10,295 nt of DNA from Candidatus Hydrogenedentota bacterium (GCA_034669905.1 JAXMOL010000093.1:1-10295); one strand, 5' to 3'. Shown: positions 1 through 8,179, counted from the first letter of the stretch. Notes: generated by a model not told the origin, from the letters alone. A program made the numbers and translations.

Positions 1-11
1 CGCCAGCTCCC

Positions 12-391
12 CAAACGACGGGACAGCCACGCCCGTTAGTGACACCGCACCTACGGCAACGACGCGAGACGTCCATAGCCATTCATGGCGCTGCGATTTC
101 ACAAGGGGCGAGACGGTCCCTGGGGGTAGACGACGTCGTGCATCAGGGACGGCCTCGCCTCGCGACCTCAGGTACCCGCAGTCCCATGCAGGCCAGCAAA
201 GCGATGACCACCACCCCACAACACGAAAACGGCGGGGGCTGTCCCGTCGTTGGCGAAGTTGACCCGCCGCCTGCGCCGCAAACGACGGGACGGCCACGCC
301 CGTTCACGACGCTGCACCTGCCGCCACGACGCGAGACGTCCGTAGCCATTCATGGCACTGCGATTTCACAGGGGGCGAGACCGTCCCTGGG
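12..391. repeat. Two 113-bp direct repeats (12-124, 279-391; period 267 bp) with interleaved inverted sub-copies; REP/REPIN-like intergenic region, probably truncated by the window edge
   Basis: Manual ungapped alignment gives 100/113 identity. An inverted copy of the unit's 3' end lies at 144-159 (pairs with 107-122) and an inverted copy of its 5' end lies at 228-251 (pairs with 281-304). The repeat is directly visible; the REP-like label is inference. Confidence 0.85.
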
Positions 392-478
392 TATACGCAG
401 TAGGGACCACCGCAAAGGCAAGGGAATTCTCCGTGCCGAAGACACGCGATGACAGCCGGAACGGCTATCCCACGGTGG

Positions 479-1609
479 TTACCGGGCCAGTAACTGCGTG
501 TAGAGGGCTTTCACGGCCTTGGCCTGGGCGGCGAGGGCGAAGTGCTGTTCGGCGTGCTGGCGGGCCTTGTGGCCCATGGTGTGGCGTTTCTCGGGGTCTT
601 GGCCGAGGCGGTGGATGGCTTCAAAGAGGGCCGCGACGCTGCCGTCGGTGACCATACCGCTTTCCCCATCCACCACGATCTCGCGGAGCATGCCCCGGTC
701 GGCCACCACGAGGGGTTTGCCCATGGACAGGATCTCCCGGGCGGCGCGGCAGGTACCGTCACTGCCGGGTACGAGGTAGACGCCCGTGTCCATGGACTGG
801 ATGGCCGATACAAACGCGTCGCCATCGATAAAGCCGGTGATGTGGACGTGGTCCGCCATGCCCATGTCGCGGGCCGGATCTTCGACCACGCGCTGCTGGT
901 GGGTGCCCCGCCCCACGATGAGGAGGTGGGCGTTGGGCATGACATCCATGAGTTGTCGCATGACCTGGAGCAGGTCTTCAAAGTGGCGGTGGGTCTGCAT
1001 GCGGGCCACGATGCCCACCACGTAGGCGTCTTCGGGGATGCCCAGGGCAGCGCGGCGTGAGTTGGGCACGCGCTTCGGGTCAAAGCGGTGGGTGTCTATG
1101 GCACCCGGCACCACGGTGACCCGTTCGGGCTCCAGGCCAAAGGTGGCCCGGTCATGTTCGAGGGCGATTTCGGAGGGCTCAATGAGGAGGGCCGTGCGGT
1201 CCAGCATACGCTGGTGACGGCGGTCTTCTTTGAGGCCCAGGCCTTCATAGCTGGAGCGCACCAACGGAATCTTGATGTTCCGCACGGCGCGCCCGGCAAT
1301 GGCGTGGTCGTTGTCCAAGTGACAATGGACCACATCAAAGTATTCCGCATGGAGCAAGCGGCGAATCCCGCGCACGTCCTCCAGGTTCTTAAAGGGGTGG
1401 CGGTGCTTCTTCAGGTGGAAGTCGAGGATGGGCGTAATGCCCCGCTCCCGGGCCGACGTGACGACCCGATTCACCGAATTGCCCGCATCGGGCGCACAGG
1501 CAAACGCGGTCTCCACCCCCTGCTCCCGCAGGGCAGCGCAGAGGTTCAGAGCCGGTTCCGCCGGCCCCGTCCACTTGCAGTTGCTGAAGAGATGGAGCAC
1601 CCTCATCAT
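479..1609 (-). CDS. Glycosyltransferase family 4 (GT-B fold, RfaB/WcaL-like), 376 aa
   Basis: N-terminal MRVLHL..TGPAE (GGAE-like), DVVHCH, VVPGAIDTHRFDP, VVGIVARM, LLIVGRG, and C-terminal REILSMGKPLVVADRGMLREIVVDGESG are all typical of GT4. The start (ATG at 1609 or 1606) overlaps the smc stop. Confidence 0.92.
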   Translation of the reverse strand: MMRVLHLFSNCKWTGPAEPALNLCAALREQGVETAFACAPDAGNSVNRVVTSARERGITPILDFHLKKHRHPFKNLEDVRGIRRLLHAEYFDVVHCHLDNDHAIAGRAVRNIKIPLVRSSYEGLGLKEDRRHQRMLDRTALLIEPSEIALEHDRATFGLEPERVTVVPGAIDTHRFDPKRVPNSRRAALGIPEDAYVVGIVARMQTHRHFEDLLQVMRQLMDVMPNAHLLIVGRGTHQQRVVEDPARDMGMADHVHITGFIDGDAFVSAIQSMDTGVYLVPGSDGTCRAAREILSMGKPLVVADRGMLREIVVDGESGMVTDGSVAALFEAIHRLGQDPEKRHTMGHKARQHAEQHFALAAQAKAVKALYTQLLAR

Positions 1610-4600
1610 GCGGCCGAGGTGTCTTCCACATCCTCAAACTTAACCGACACGAGCTGGGAAACACCCCGCTCCTGTTGGGTCACACCGAAGATGGCTTCCG
1701 ACTTGGCCATGGTCTGCTTGTTGTGGGTAATGATGATGAACTGGCTGTTGTCCGTAAACTGATCCACCAATTCCAGGAAGCGGCCCACGTTGGCATCGTC
1801 CAGGGGGGCGTCCACTTCGTCCAATACGCAGAAGGGACTCGGCTTGGCCGTGAAGATGCTGAAGAGGAGCGCGATGGCCGTCATGGCCTGTTCGCCACCG
1901 GAAAGGAGCGAAATGGTCTGGGGCTTCTTTCCCGGAGGGCGCGCTTCAATCTCGATACCACTTTCCAGCGGGTCGTCTTCATTGAGGAGATAGACCCGGG
2001 CCTGTCCCCCATTGAAGAGGCGGCGGAAGTAGTTTTTGAAACACTCGGCGACCTGGTTGAAGGTCTCCATGAAGAGCTTGCGGATGGTCTCGTCGATACG
2101 CTCTACCACACCGAGCAGGGCTTCCCGTGCACGGCGAAGATCTTCTTCCTGGGTGCAGAGGAACTCGTCCCGTTTCTCCAGGGCTTCATACTCTTCGATG
2201 GCCATGAGGTTTACGGTGCCGAGGCGCTGGAGATCTTTGCGGTGCTGCTTGATAAGGGCTTCCCGCTCTTTTTCGTCAAACTCGTCGCTGCCCACATCCT
2301 TCTCTTCGAGAGAGGCGAGGGCCAGGTTGTATTCGGAAAGGATCCGCTCCTGGAAGAAGGCGACCCGGTCTTCCCGGTGCGACAATTCCAGTTCCAAAGA
2401 GTGCACTTCCTTCTGGGCCTTGGCGGTGAGGGCGCGCAATTCCTTGAGGGCGCGGGCGAGGGTGGTGGCCTCTTCATTCAGCGCGTTCTGTTCCTTCTGC
2501 GCTTCCAACACCTTGTCGTGGGCCTCTTCCTTCGTCTCCGAAAGGGCCTTGGCACGCTCCAGGTGGTCGGCGATGCCCGCCTCCAGATCCTTGGCCTTGA
2601 TGACCAGGTCTTCCATCATCTTTTCACGGCGGGCGGCCTCTTCCAGGGCGTCCTGATACTCCCGGGCTTCCCGCAGGCGATTCCGCTCGGCTTCTTCAAG
2701 CTTCTGGGTCAGCGACGCCACCTGGATGCGCAATTCGCCCAGGGCATCGCTGCACGCCGACATGGCCGCACGGGCCTTCGCGGCCTCTTCCTGGGCCTCG
2801 GCCTGCTCATGCTGAATCTTGTCGTCTTCCCCATCCATAGAGCTCATGCGCTCCTGGGCTTCCACCCGGCGGGCCTCCAGCTCTTCGCGGCGGGCCAACA
2901 ACTGGTCGCGCTGCTCACCCAATTGGGAACCCGAGCTGGTGAGGGAGTCCACTTCCGTAGAGAGGCGGGCAATCTCGACGCCGGCCTTATTGAGGCGCTG
3001 GCGAAATCCGTTTTCGTCTTCTTCCAGGGACTTGAGGCGGGCAGAAAGTTCCTGGAGGGCCACGGTCATCTGCTGGGCATGTTGCACCAACGTATTGATC
3101 CGACCCGTCGCCTTTTGCACCGAGGCTTCCAGCTCTTCGATTTCGGCGCTACGTCCCAGCATGCCGCTGCTCTCGTGGCGCGTGCGACCACCGGTCACCG
3201 CACCCGACGAGGTCACCACTTCGCCGTCCAGCGTGACCAGACGGGGAAAGCGTCGCTCGGAGCGGGCAATACGGATGGCGTCGTCGATGGTCTCGACAAT
3301 CATCGTGTTGTACAGGAGGTATTCCAGGGCCGGCATGATACGCGCATCACTCTGCACGTAGTTGATGGCCTGACCAATGACCCCCGCCGAGCCCCGCAGG
3401 CTGCCACTGTCATCGCGGTTGCTGCTGCGGATGGTGTCCAAGGGCAGGAAGGTCACCCGACCGGCACGGTGCTTTTTCAGGAAGTTAACTGCGGACTTGG
3501 CCGCATCGGCGTCGTCGCAAATTACGTTGTTGATGTTGCCGCCCAGGGCCGCTTCAATGGCCTTGCCGTAGGATTTTTCCGTGGAGATAAGGTCACCCAC
3601 CGGGCCGATGATGCCATCCACTTCCGGCATTTCATGTTGCCGGGCCTTCATGATGGCCTTTACGCCCGCAGCAAAGCCTTCGTAGCTGTCGCGCAATTCG
3701 CGGAGGGACCGCATGCGGGCCTCTTCACTACTCTTCCGCTCACGCAGTGTCTGCCACTCTTCGTTGGCCGTCTTCATATCATCCGAAATGGTGCGGTGTT
3801 TTTCCTGGGTCGCCTTGCGTTGGTCCACCGTATCGGTGAGCAGCTTCTGGGCTTCCGTCTCTTCCTTCTGGGCCGCCTGGAGCTGGGTCGTCAGATCTTC
3901 GTGGCGCGTGTTTTGCACCTTCTGACGGCCAAAGATACCTTCGAGCTGGTCGTCAATGTTGGCCAGGCCCACGCCCACCGTCTCCAGCTCCGTCTGGGTC
4001 TTGTTACGGGAGTTGATGGTTTCCAGCGTGCGGGCACGCACCGCCTCTACCTTCTCATCCGCCTGGGTCACAGCCACCTCGGCAGCGGCATACTCCTCCT
4101 GCTTCGCCTTCAAGGCCGCTTCGGCCTGCTCAATCTGCTGGGTGAACTCCGAGCTCTGGGTACCCGTTTCGCCCTGGTTACCCTTGACCGCCTCGGCCCG
4201 CTTCAGGAAGTCTTCCCGCTCCTTCTCCGCCTGGGCATGCTGGGTCTTGGAGAAATCGATTTCCTTACGGATCAGGGCGATTTCGCTCTCGATCTTCTCC
4301 ATCTCCGAATCGACCTGATACTCCCCATCGCGGCGAGCCATGAGCATGCGCTCCAGCTCCACGCGCTTCACGCCCAGCTCTTCCTGGCGGGCTTCCATGG
4401 TGTTGGTCTTGGTGGAGGAGGTCTCGTACTCTTTTTCCGCGACGGAGAAGCGTTCTTTCAGATCGTCGATCTGGCCGCTCAGCTCGTTGTATTGGAGCCA
4501 GGCGTTCCGCACTTCCAGTTCCTGGAGGGCCTCGGTCAGCTCACGGTGGCGGATGGCCGCATTCACCTGGCGCTTGAGGCTCCGCATCTGGCGTTGCACT

Positions 4601-5190
4601 TCGTTGATAATATCGGTGAGACGGAGCAGGTTTTGCTCGGCGTTGTCGAGCTTGCGGATAGCCACCCGCTTCCGCGCCTTGTATTTGATGATACCGGCGG
4701 CCTCTTCAAAGAGGAAACGGCGGTCATCGGGCTTGGAGCTGAGCACCAGGCTGATCTTGCCCTGTCCAATCAACGAATAGGCGTTGGTGCCGATACCCGT
4801 ATCCATGAAGAGTTCCTGGATATCACGGAGGCGGCAGGGGGCCTTGTTAATCAGATACTCACTCTCGCCCGAGCGATAGACCCGGCGGGACACCTGGACC
4901 TCGGCAAAATCGAGGGGCAGCTTGTTGTCCGCATTATCAAACGTGAGGGTCACCTCAGCCATGCCCATGGGGGACCGCTGCTCACTGCCGTTGAAGATAA
5001 CATCCTGCATGTGGGAGCCACGGAGCGCCTTGGCACTCTGCTCCCCCAGACACCAGCGAAGGGCATCGAGGATATTACTCTTACCGCAGCCATTGGGTCC
5101 CACGATAGCCGTGGTGCCGGGCTCCAGGTCGATATGGGTCTTGTCCGCAAAGGACTTGAACCCAAGCATTTCTACGCGTTTGAAGTACAT
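1606..5190 (-). CDS. smc: Chromosome segregation protein SMC (~1194 aa)
   Basis: MYFKRVEMLGFKSFAD N-terminus, Walker A GPNGCGKSN, long coiled coils, hinge (GIIGPVGDLI, AIEAALG, GRVTFLPL, VTLDGEVV..GAVTGG), signature LSGGE, Walker B/D-loop VLDEVDAPLD and IIITHNK. ATG at 5190 is preferred over the GTG at 5205 because SMC proteins typically begin MYxK. Confidence 0.98.
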   Translation of the reverse strand: MYFKRVEMLGFKSFADKTHIDLEPGTTAIVGPNGCGKSNILDALRWCLGEQSAKALRGSHMQDVIFNGSEQRSPMGMAEVTLTFDNADNKLPLDFAEVQVSRRVYRSGESEYLINKAPCRLRDIQELFMDTGIGTNAYSLIGQGKISLVLSSKPDDRRFLFEEAAGIIKYKARKRVAIRKLDNAEQNLLRLTDIINEVQRQMRSLKRQVNAAIRHRELTEALQELEVRNAWLQYNELSGQIDDLKERFSVAEKEYETSSTKTNTMEARQEELGVKRVELERMLMARRDGEYQVDSEMEKIESEIALIRKEIDFSKTQHAQAEKEREDFLKRAEAVKGNQGETGTQSSEFTQQIEQAEAALKAKQEEYAAAEVAVTQADEKVEAVRARTLETINSRNKTQTELETVGVGLANIDDQLEGIFGRQKVQNTRHEDLTTQLQAAQKEETEAQKLLTDTVDQRKATQEKHRTISDDMKTANEEWQTLRERKSSEEARMRSLRELRDSYEGFAAGVKAIMKARQHEMPEVDGIIGPVGDLISTEKSYGKAIEAALGGNINNVICDDADAAKSAVNFLKKHRAGRVTFLPLDTIRSSNRDDSGSLRGSAGVIGQAINYVQSDARIMPALEYLLYNTMIVETIDDAIRIARSERRFPRLVTLDGEVVTSSGAVTGGRTRHESSGMLGRSAEIEELEASVQKATGRINTLVQHAQQMTVALQELSARLKSLEEDENGFRQRLNKAGVEIARLSTEVDSLTSSGSQLGEQRDQLLARREELEARRVEAQERMSSMDGEDDKIQHEQAEAQEEAAKARAAMSACSDALGELRIQVASLTQKLEEAERNRLREAREYQDALEEAARREKMMEDLVIKAKDLEAGIADHLERAKALSETKEEAHDKVLEAQKEQNALNEEATTLARALKELRALTAKAQKEVHSLELELSHREDRVAFFQERILSEYNLALASLEEKDVGSDEFDEKEREALIKQHRKDLQRLGTVNLMAIEEYEALEKRDEFLCTQEEDLRRAREALLGVVERIDETIRKLFMETFNQVAECFKNYFRRLFNGGQARVYLLNEDDPLESGIEIEARPPGKKPQTISLLSGGEQAMTAIALLFSIFTAKPSPFCVLDEVDAPLDDANVGRFLELVDQFTDNSQFIIITHNKQTMAKSEAIFGVTQQERGVSQLVSVKFEDVEDTSAA

Positions 5191-5257
5191 GCAACAACCA
5201 TTCACGTTCTACGAGCACCCCGAAAGGGCGCCGTTATTCAGCGTTTATGTGCGGATA

Positions 5258-6040
5258 CTATTCGTCTCGCAGGAGGATGCGCTCAATGTGCTGCGCTTTC
5301 CCGCTCTCGTCATCAATTTCCACATAGACCGCAGCAAAGATGCCCGGCCCCTTCGCCACCACAAACTTCTCCGGCATACCCGTCACAAACTTGTTGACCA
5401 CAATGTCTTTGTCCGTGCCGATGACCGAATGGATGGGCCCGCACATGCCCACATCGGTGATGTAGGCCGTGCCCTTGGGCATAATCCATTCATCGGCGGT
5501 CTGCACGTGGGTGTGGGTCCCCACCACCACCGAGCAGCGCCCTTCCAGGTGCCAGCCCATGGCAATCTTTTCCGACGTCGCCTCGGCGTGCATATCCACG
5601 AGGATGGCATTGGTCTGGGCCTCCAACATGGGGAGCATTTCATCGGCCGTGCGGAAAGGACAATCGAAGGGTTCCATATAGACCCGTCCGATCAGATCCA
5701 GCACCCCCAGCTTCCGCCCGTCGGGCAGGGCGATGATGGTCGCGCCCTTGCCGGGCAGTCCCGGCGGATAGTTGGCGGGCCGCACCAGCTCCGGGAATTC
5801 CGGCAGGGCGGGAATAATGGCCTTCTTCCGCCACGTGTGGTTGCCCATGGTAAAACCCTGGACACCGAGGGACTTGAGCTCCCGAAGGATGTCCGGCGTC
5901 GCCCCCAGGCCACCGGCCGCGTTTTCGGCGTTGGCCACGATCACATCGGGCTGCCACCGGTCGCGGACCTTGGGCAAATGAAGGGCCACGCTCTTCCGCC
6001 CCGGCTGGCCGACGATATCACCGATAAAGATTAGTTTCAT
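5258..6040 (-). CDS. ymdB: TIGR00282/YmdB family calcineurin-like metallophosphoesterase (2',3'-cyclic-nucleotide phosphodiesterase-like), 260 aa
   Basis: Motifs FIGDIVGQPG, NAENAAGG, TMGNHTW, RPANYP, DMHAEATSEK, GTHTHVQTAD and TDVGMCGP. Conserved position directly downstream of rny. Confidence 0.96.
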   Translation of the reverse strand: MKLIFIGDIVGQPGRKSVALHLPKVRDRWQPDVIVANAENAAGGLGATPDILRELKSLGVQGFTMGNHTWRKKAIIPALPEFPELVRPANYPPGLPGKGATIIALPDGRKLGVLDLIGRVYMEPFDCPFRTADEMLPMLEAQTNAILVDMHAEATSEKIAMGWHLEGRCSVVVGTHTHVQTADEWIMPKGTAYITDVGMCGPIHSVIGTDKDIVVNKFVTGMPEKFVVAKGPGIFAAVYVEIDDESGKAQHIERILLRDE

Positions 6041-6133
6041 TGCTGGTCGTCTTTATGCTTGCAAAAAAGTTCGTCATCCCCGACCCGTAATTCAGCGGGA
6101 CAACCGTCTTCTGGAAAGACACCGAGGGGCCTG

Positions 6134-6168
6134 TAAATAATCATCCCGGGCGCGGGTTGCGCCCGGGA
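6134..6168 (-). terminator. GC-rich hairpin, possible (conditional) intrinsic terminator between rny and ymdB
   Basis: Perfect 10-bp stem TCCCGGGCGC-AACCC-GCGCCCGGGA (6168-6144), followed on the minus strand by an imperfect U-rich tail TGATTATTTA. Confidence 0.45.
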
Positions 6169-6244
6169 CTACGGGTAGATGATACACCAAAACGGGGCAC
6201 GGATAACACGCGCAGGGCGATTTCCGTGTCTGCGGGGTGGGCGG

Positions 6245-7807
6245 CTACTTGGCCATTTCCACCGCGCGGGTCTCCCGCACGACCGTCACCCGGATCTGAC
6301 CGGGGTAGGTCATTTCTGATTCGACGCGCTTGGCGACTTCGCGGGCCATGGTGGCGGCTTCCGCATCGTTCACCCGGTCCGGCTGGACCACCAGGCGGAC
6401 TTCACGGCCGGCCTGGATGGCGAAGGCTTTCTCGACGCCCTCAAATTCATGGGCAATCTGCTCCAACTGCTCCAGGCGCTTGATGTAATTCTGCATCGTC
6501 TCGCTGCGGGCACCGGGACGGGAAGCCGACATGGCGTCGGCGGCCTGAACAATCATGGAGATGACCGAAGTCATGGGCATTTCGTTGTGGTGGGCACCAA
6601 TGGCGTTGCAGATGACTTCGTTTTCACCGTGACGCTTGGCAATATCGTGGCCCAGGATGGCGTGGGAACCTTCCACCTCGTGGGTGAGGGCCTTGCCCAT
6701 ATCGTGGATAAAGCCAGCCCGCTTTGCTTCCTGGATGTTCACCCCAAGCTCAGCGGCCATAATGCTGCAAAGGCGGCTCACTTCGACGGAGTGGTGGAGC
6801 ACGTTTTGTCCGTAGGAGGTACGGAAACTCAAGCGGCCCAACAACTTAACGATCTCAGGGTGCAGTCCGTGGACGTCGGCTTCCAGACAGGCAGCCTCGC
6901 CCTTTTCTTTGATGGTCTCGGCCATCTCTTCGTTGATCTTCTCCACCATCTCTTCGATGCGGGCCGGGTGGATGCGGCCATCCTGAATCAGGCGCTCCAG
7001 CGTAATGCGGGCCACCTGGCGGCGGATGGGGTCAAATCCGGAGAGGATAACGGCTTCGGGGGTATCGTCAATAATGACGTTGATGCCGGTGGCATTTTCC
7101 AGGGCGCGGATGTTGCGGCCTTCACGACCGATGATGCGCCCCTTCATTTCGTCGCTGGGCAGATTGACGACCGACACGGTGGTTTCCGCCACGTGATCAG
7201 ACGCACAGCGGCCAATGGCCTCGCCAATGAGCCAACGGGCTTTCTTGTCGGCCTGCTCGCGCAATTCGTCTTCCGTGCGCTTGAGCTGAAGGGCACAATC
7301 CCGCTTCACTTCATTTTCGAGGGTGGTAAAGAGTTCGCGACGGGCCTGATCGGCGGTCAATCCGGAGATTTGTTCCAGTTTCTGCGTCTGATCCAGGATC
7401 AGCGCCTTCACCTTCTCCATCTCCTTCTCAACTTCCTTCTCCCGCTTCACCAACTCCCGCTCCTGGCTGTTCAGCTCAGCGGCCGTTTTGTCGAGGGTCG
7501 TGGCCCGGTTGTCGAGGATTTCTTCCTTACTCGCCATACGTTTTTCGATGGCGCCGATTTCTTTGCGCTGCTCCCGGCCTTCCTGTTCCAGCTTGGCCCG
7601 CAGATCAATTTCCAGTTCCTTGATCTGGGTCCGGGATTCTTTGATTTGGGTCGCGGCTTCGCGCTCCGCATCGGAAAGGATTTGGGCCGCATCGCGCCGT
7701 GCCTTGCCCACCAGGCTGGTGCCCCGTGCCTGCGCCGTGACGACGCAGATCACATAACCGGCGATCAGGCCAATTACGCCTGCGCCGACAATGAGTAGAA
7801 TTTCCAT
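6245..7807 (-). CDS. rny: Ribonuclease Y, 520 aa
   Basis: N-terminal TM anchor ([21 protein letters not shown]), coiled coil, KH domain ([22 protein letters not shown]), HD domain ([34 protein letters not shown]) and C-terminal [27 protein letters not shown] Shine-Dalgarno lies 9 nt upstream. Confidence 0.98.
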   Translation of the reverse strand: MEILLIVGAGVIGLIAGYVICVVTAQARGTSLVGKARRDAAQILSDAEREAATQIKESRTQIKELEIDLRAKLEQEGREQRKEIGAIEKRMASKEEILDNRATTLDKTAAELNSQERELVKREKEVEKEMEKVKALILDQTQKLEQISGLTADQARRELFTTLENEVKRDCALQLKRTEDELREQADKKARWLIGEAIGRCASDHVAETTVSVVNLPSDEMKGRIIGREGRNIRALENATGINVIIDDTPEAVILSGFDPIRRQVARITLERLIQDGRIHPARIEEMVEKINEEMAETIKEKGEAACLEADVHGLHPEIVKLLGRLSFRTSYGQNVLHHSVEVSRLCSIMAAELGVNIQEAKRAGFIHDMGKALTHEVEGSHAILGHDIAKRHGENEVICNAIGAHHNEMPMTSVISMIVQAADAMSASRPGARSETMQNYIKRLEQLEQIAHEFEGVEKAFAIQAGREVRLVVQPDRVNDAEAATMAREVAKRVESEMTYPGQIRVTVVRETRAVEMAK

Positions 7808-7814
7808 TAAGATA

Positions 7815-7864
7815 AACCTCCGCCCTATATAGGGTTAGAAACCATTTTCAAACGGCGGAAGGTT
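7815..7864 (-). promoter_or_regulatory. rny ribosome-binding site (GGAGG, 7821-7817) within a potential sequestering stem
   Basis: Minus-strand AACCTTCCGCC (7864-7854) pairs with GGCGGAGGTT (7824-7815): 10 bp with a single bulge. Confidence 0.6.
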
Positions 7865-7886
7865 CCCCCTATCGGGGGATGGAGGT

Positions 7887-8064
7887 AGATCAGGTTGTTA
7901 GTCCACGCGAGTGGAATAAGAGTTGAACTTGTATGACAAAACGCGGCATCAAGAACGCACCGTATAACAGCTATCCAGCCTCCCGTACACATCACCAAGA
8001 GGGCTGGCTAATGACCTAAATCCTTGTCTCTCACAAGCCTACCGCCAGTTTCGCTATCCTGACT
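7887..8064 (-). ncRNA. Candidate 6S-like RNA or structured rny leader (~178 nt)
   Basis: Begins at the predicted +1 of a near-consensus promoter. Hand-folded rod with end-to-end pairing, a central bubble and a terminal stem, with G-U pairs favouring the minus strand. Size and position upstream of rny match known 6S synteny. No covariance-model support is available. Confidence 0.4.
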
Positions 8065-8071
8065 GAGTAAC

Positions 8072-8100
8072 ATTATAGGGCCGCGCAGCACCGAAGTCAA
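8072..8100 (-). promoter_or_regulatory. Sigma-70-type promoter for the leader/rny operon
   Basis: TTGACT (8100-8095), 17-nt spacer, TATAAT (8077-8072). Predicted +1 is the A at about 8064. Confidence 0.85.
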
Positions 8101-8179
8101 CGCGCCATAACATCACCCAAACAACCACGACCTTGGTACTGAGCGCACTTTTCGCTTTTTGGTCTGCCCCCCAACACCC

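Noticed and set aside
12..391. Repeat pair as the TR/VR of a diversity-generating retroelement
   Set aside because: The length is TR-like and copy 1 has A at 7 of 13 mismatches, but 6 mismatches are non-A. Neither copy lies in a credible gene and no reverse transcriptase is in the window. Revisit only if an RT lies just left of the window.
39..452. 137-aa plus-strand ORF with an internal peptide repeat, and overlapping minus-strand ORFs 143-349 and 168-353
   Set aside because: These are translations of the palindromic DNA repeat (267 is a multiple of 3). No RBS or recognisable domain, and many differences between the copies are non-synonymous.
406..479. Short hairpins after the GT4 stop (AGCCG-GAA-CGGCT 454-466; ACCACCG/CGGTGGT 406-412/473-479) as a terminator
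   Set aside because: The stems are short for GC-rich DNA and there is no U-tract.
5191..5205. GTG start at 5205 for smc (MNGCC extension)
   Set aside because: SMC homologues begin at the MYxK motif, so ATG 5190 fits better.
1675..5397. 1240-aa plus-strand ORF antisense to smc (likewise 4922-6034, 6449-7798, 1088-1762, 542-1060)
   Set aside because: Shadow ORFs. 1675-5397 is in codon register with smc, and avoidance of TTA/CTA/TCA codons in GC-rich genes removes antisense stops. The translations have no recognisable motifs.
6189..6230. Hairpin just after the rny stop (CACGGA/TCCGTG) with U4 as a terminator
   Set aside because: Only a 6-bp core, a 19-nt loop and a displaced short U-tract; too weak to call.
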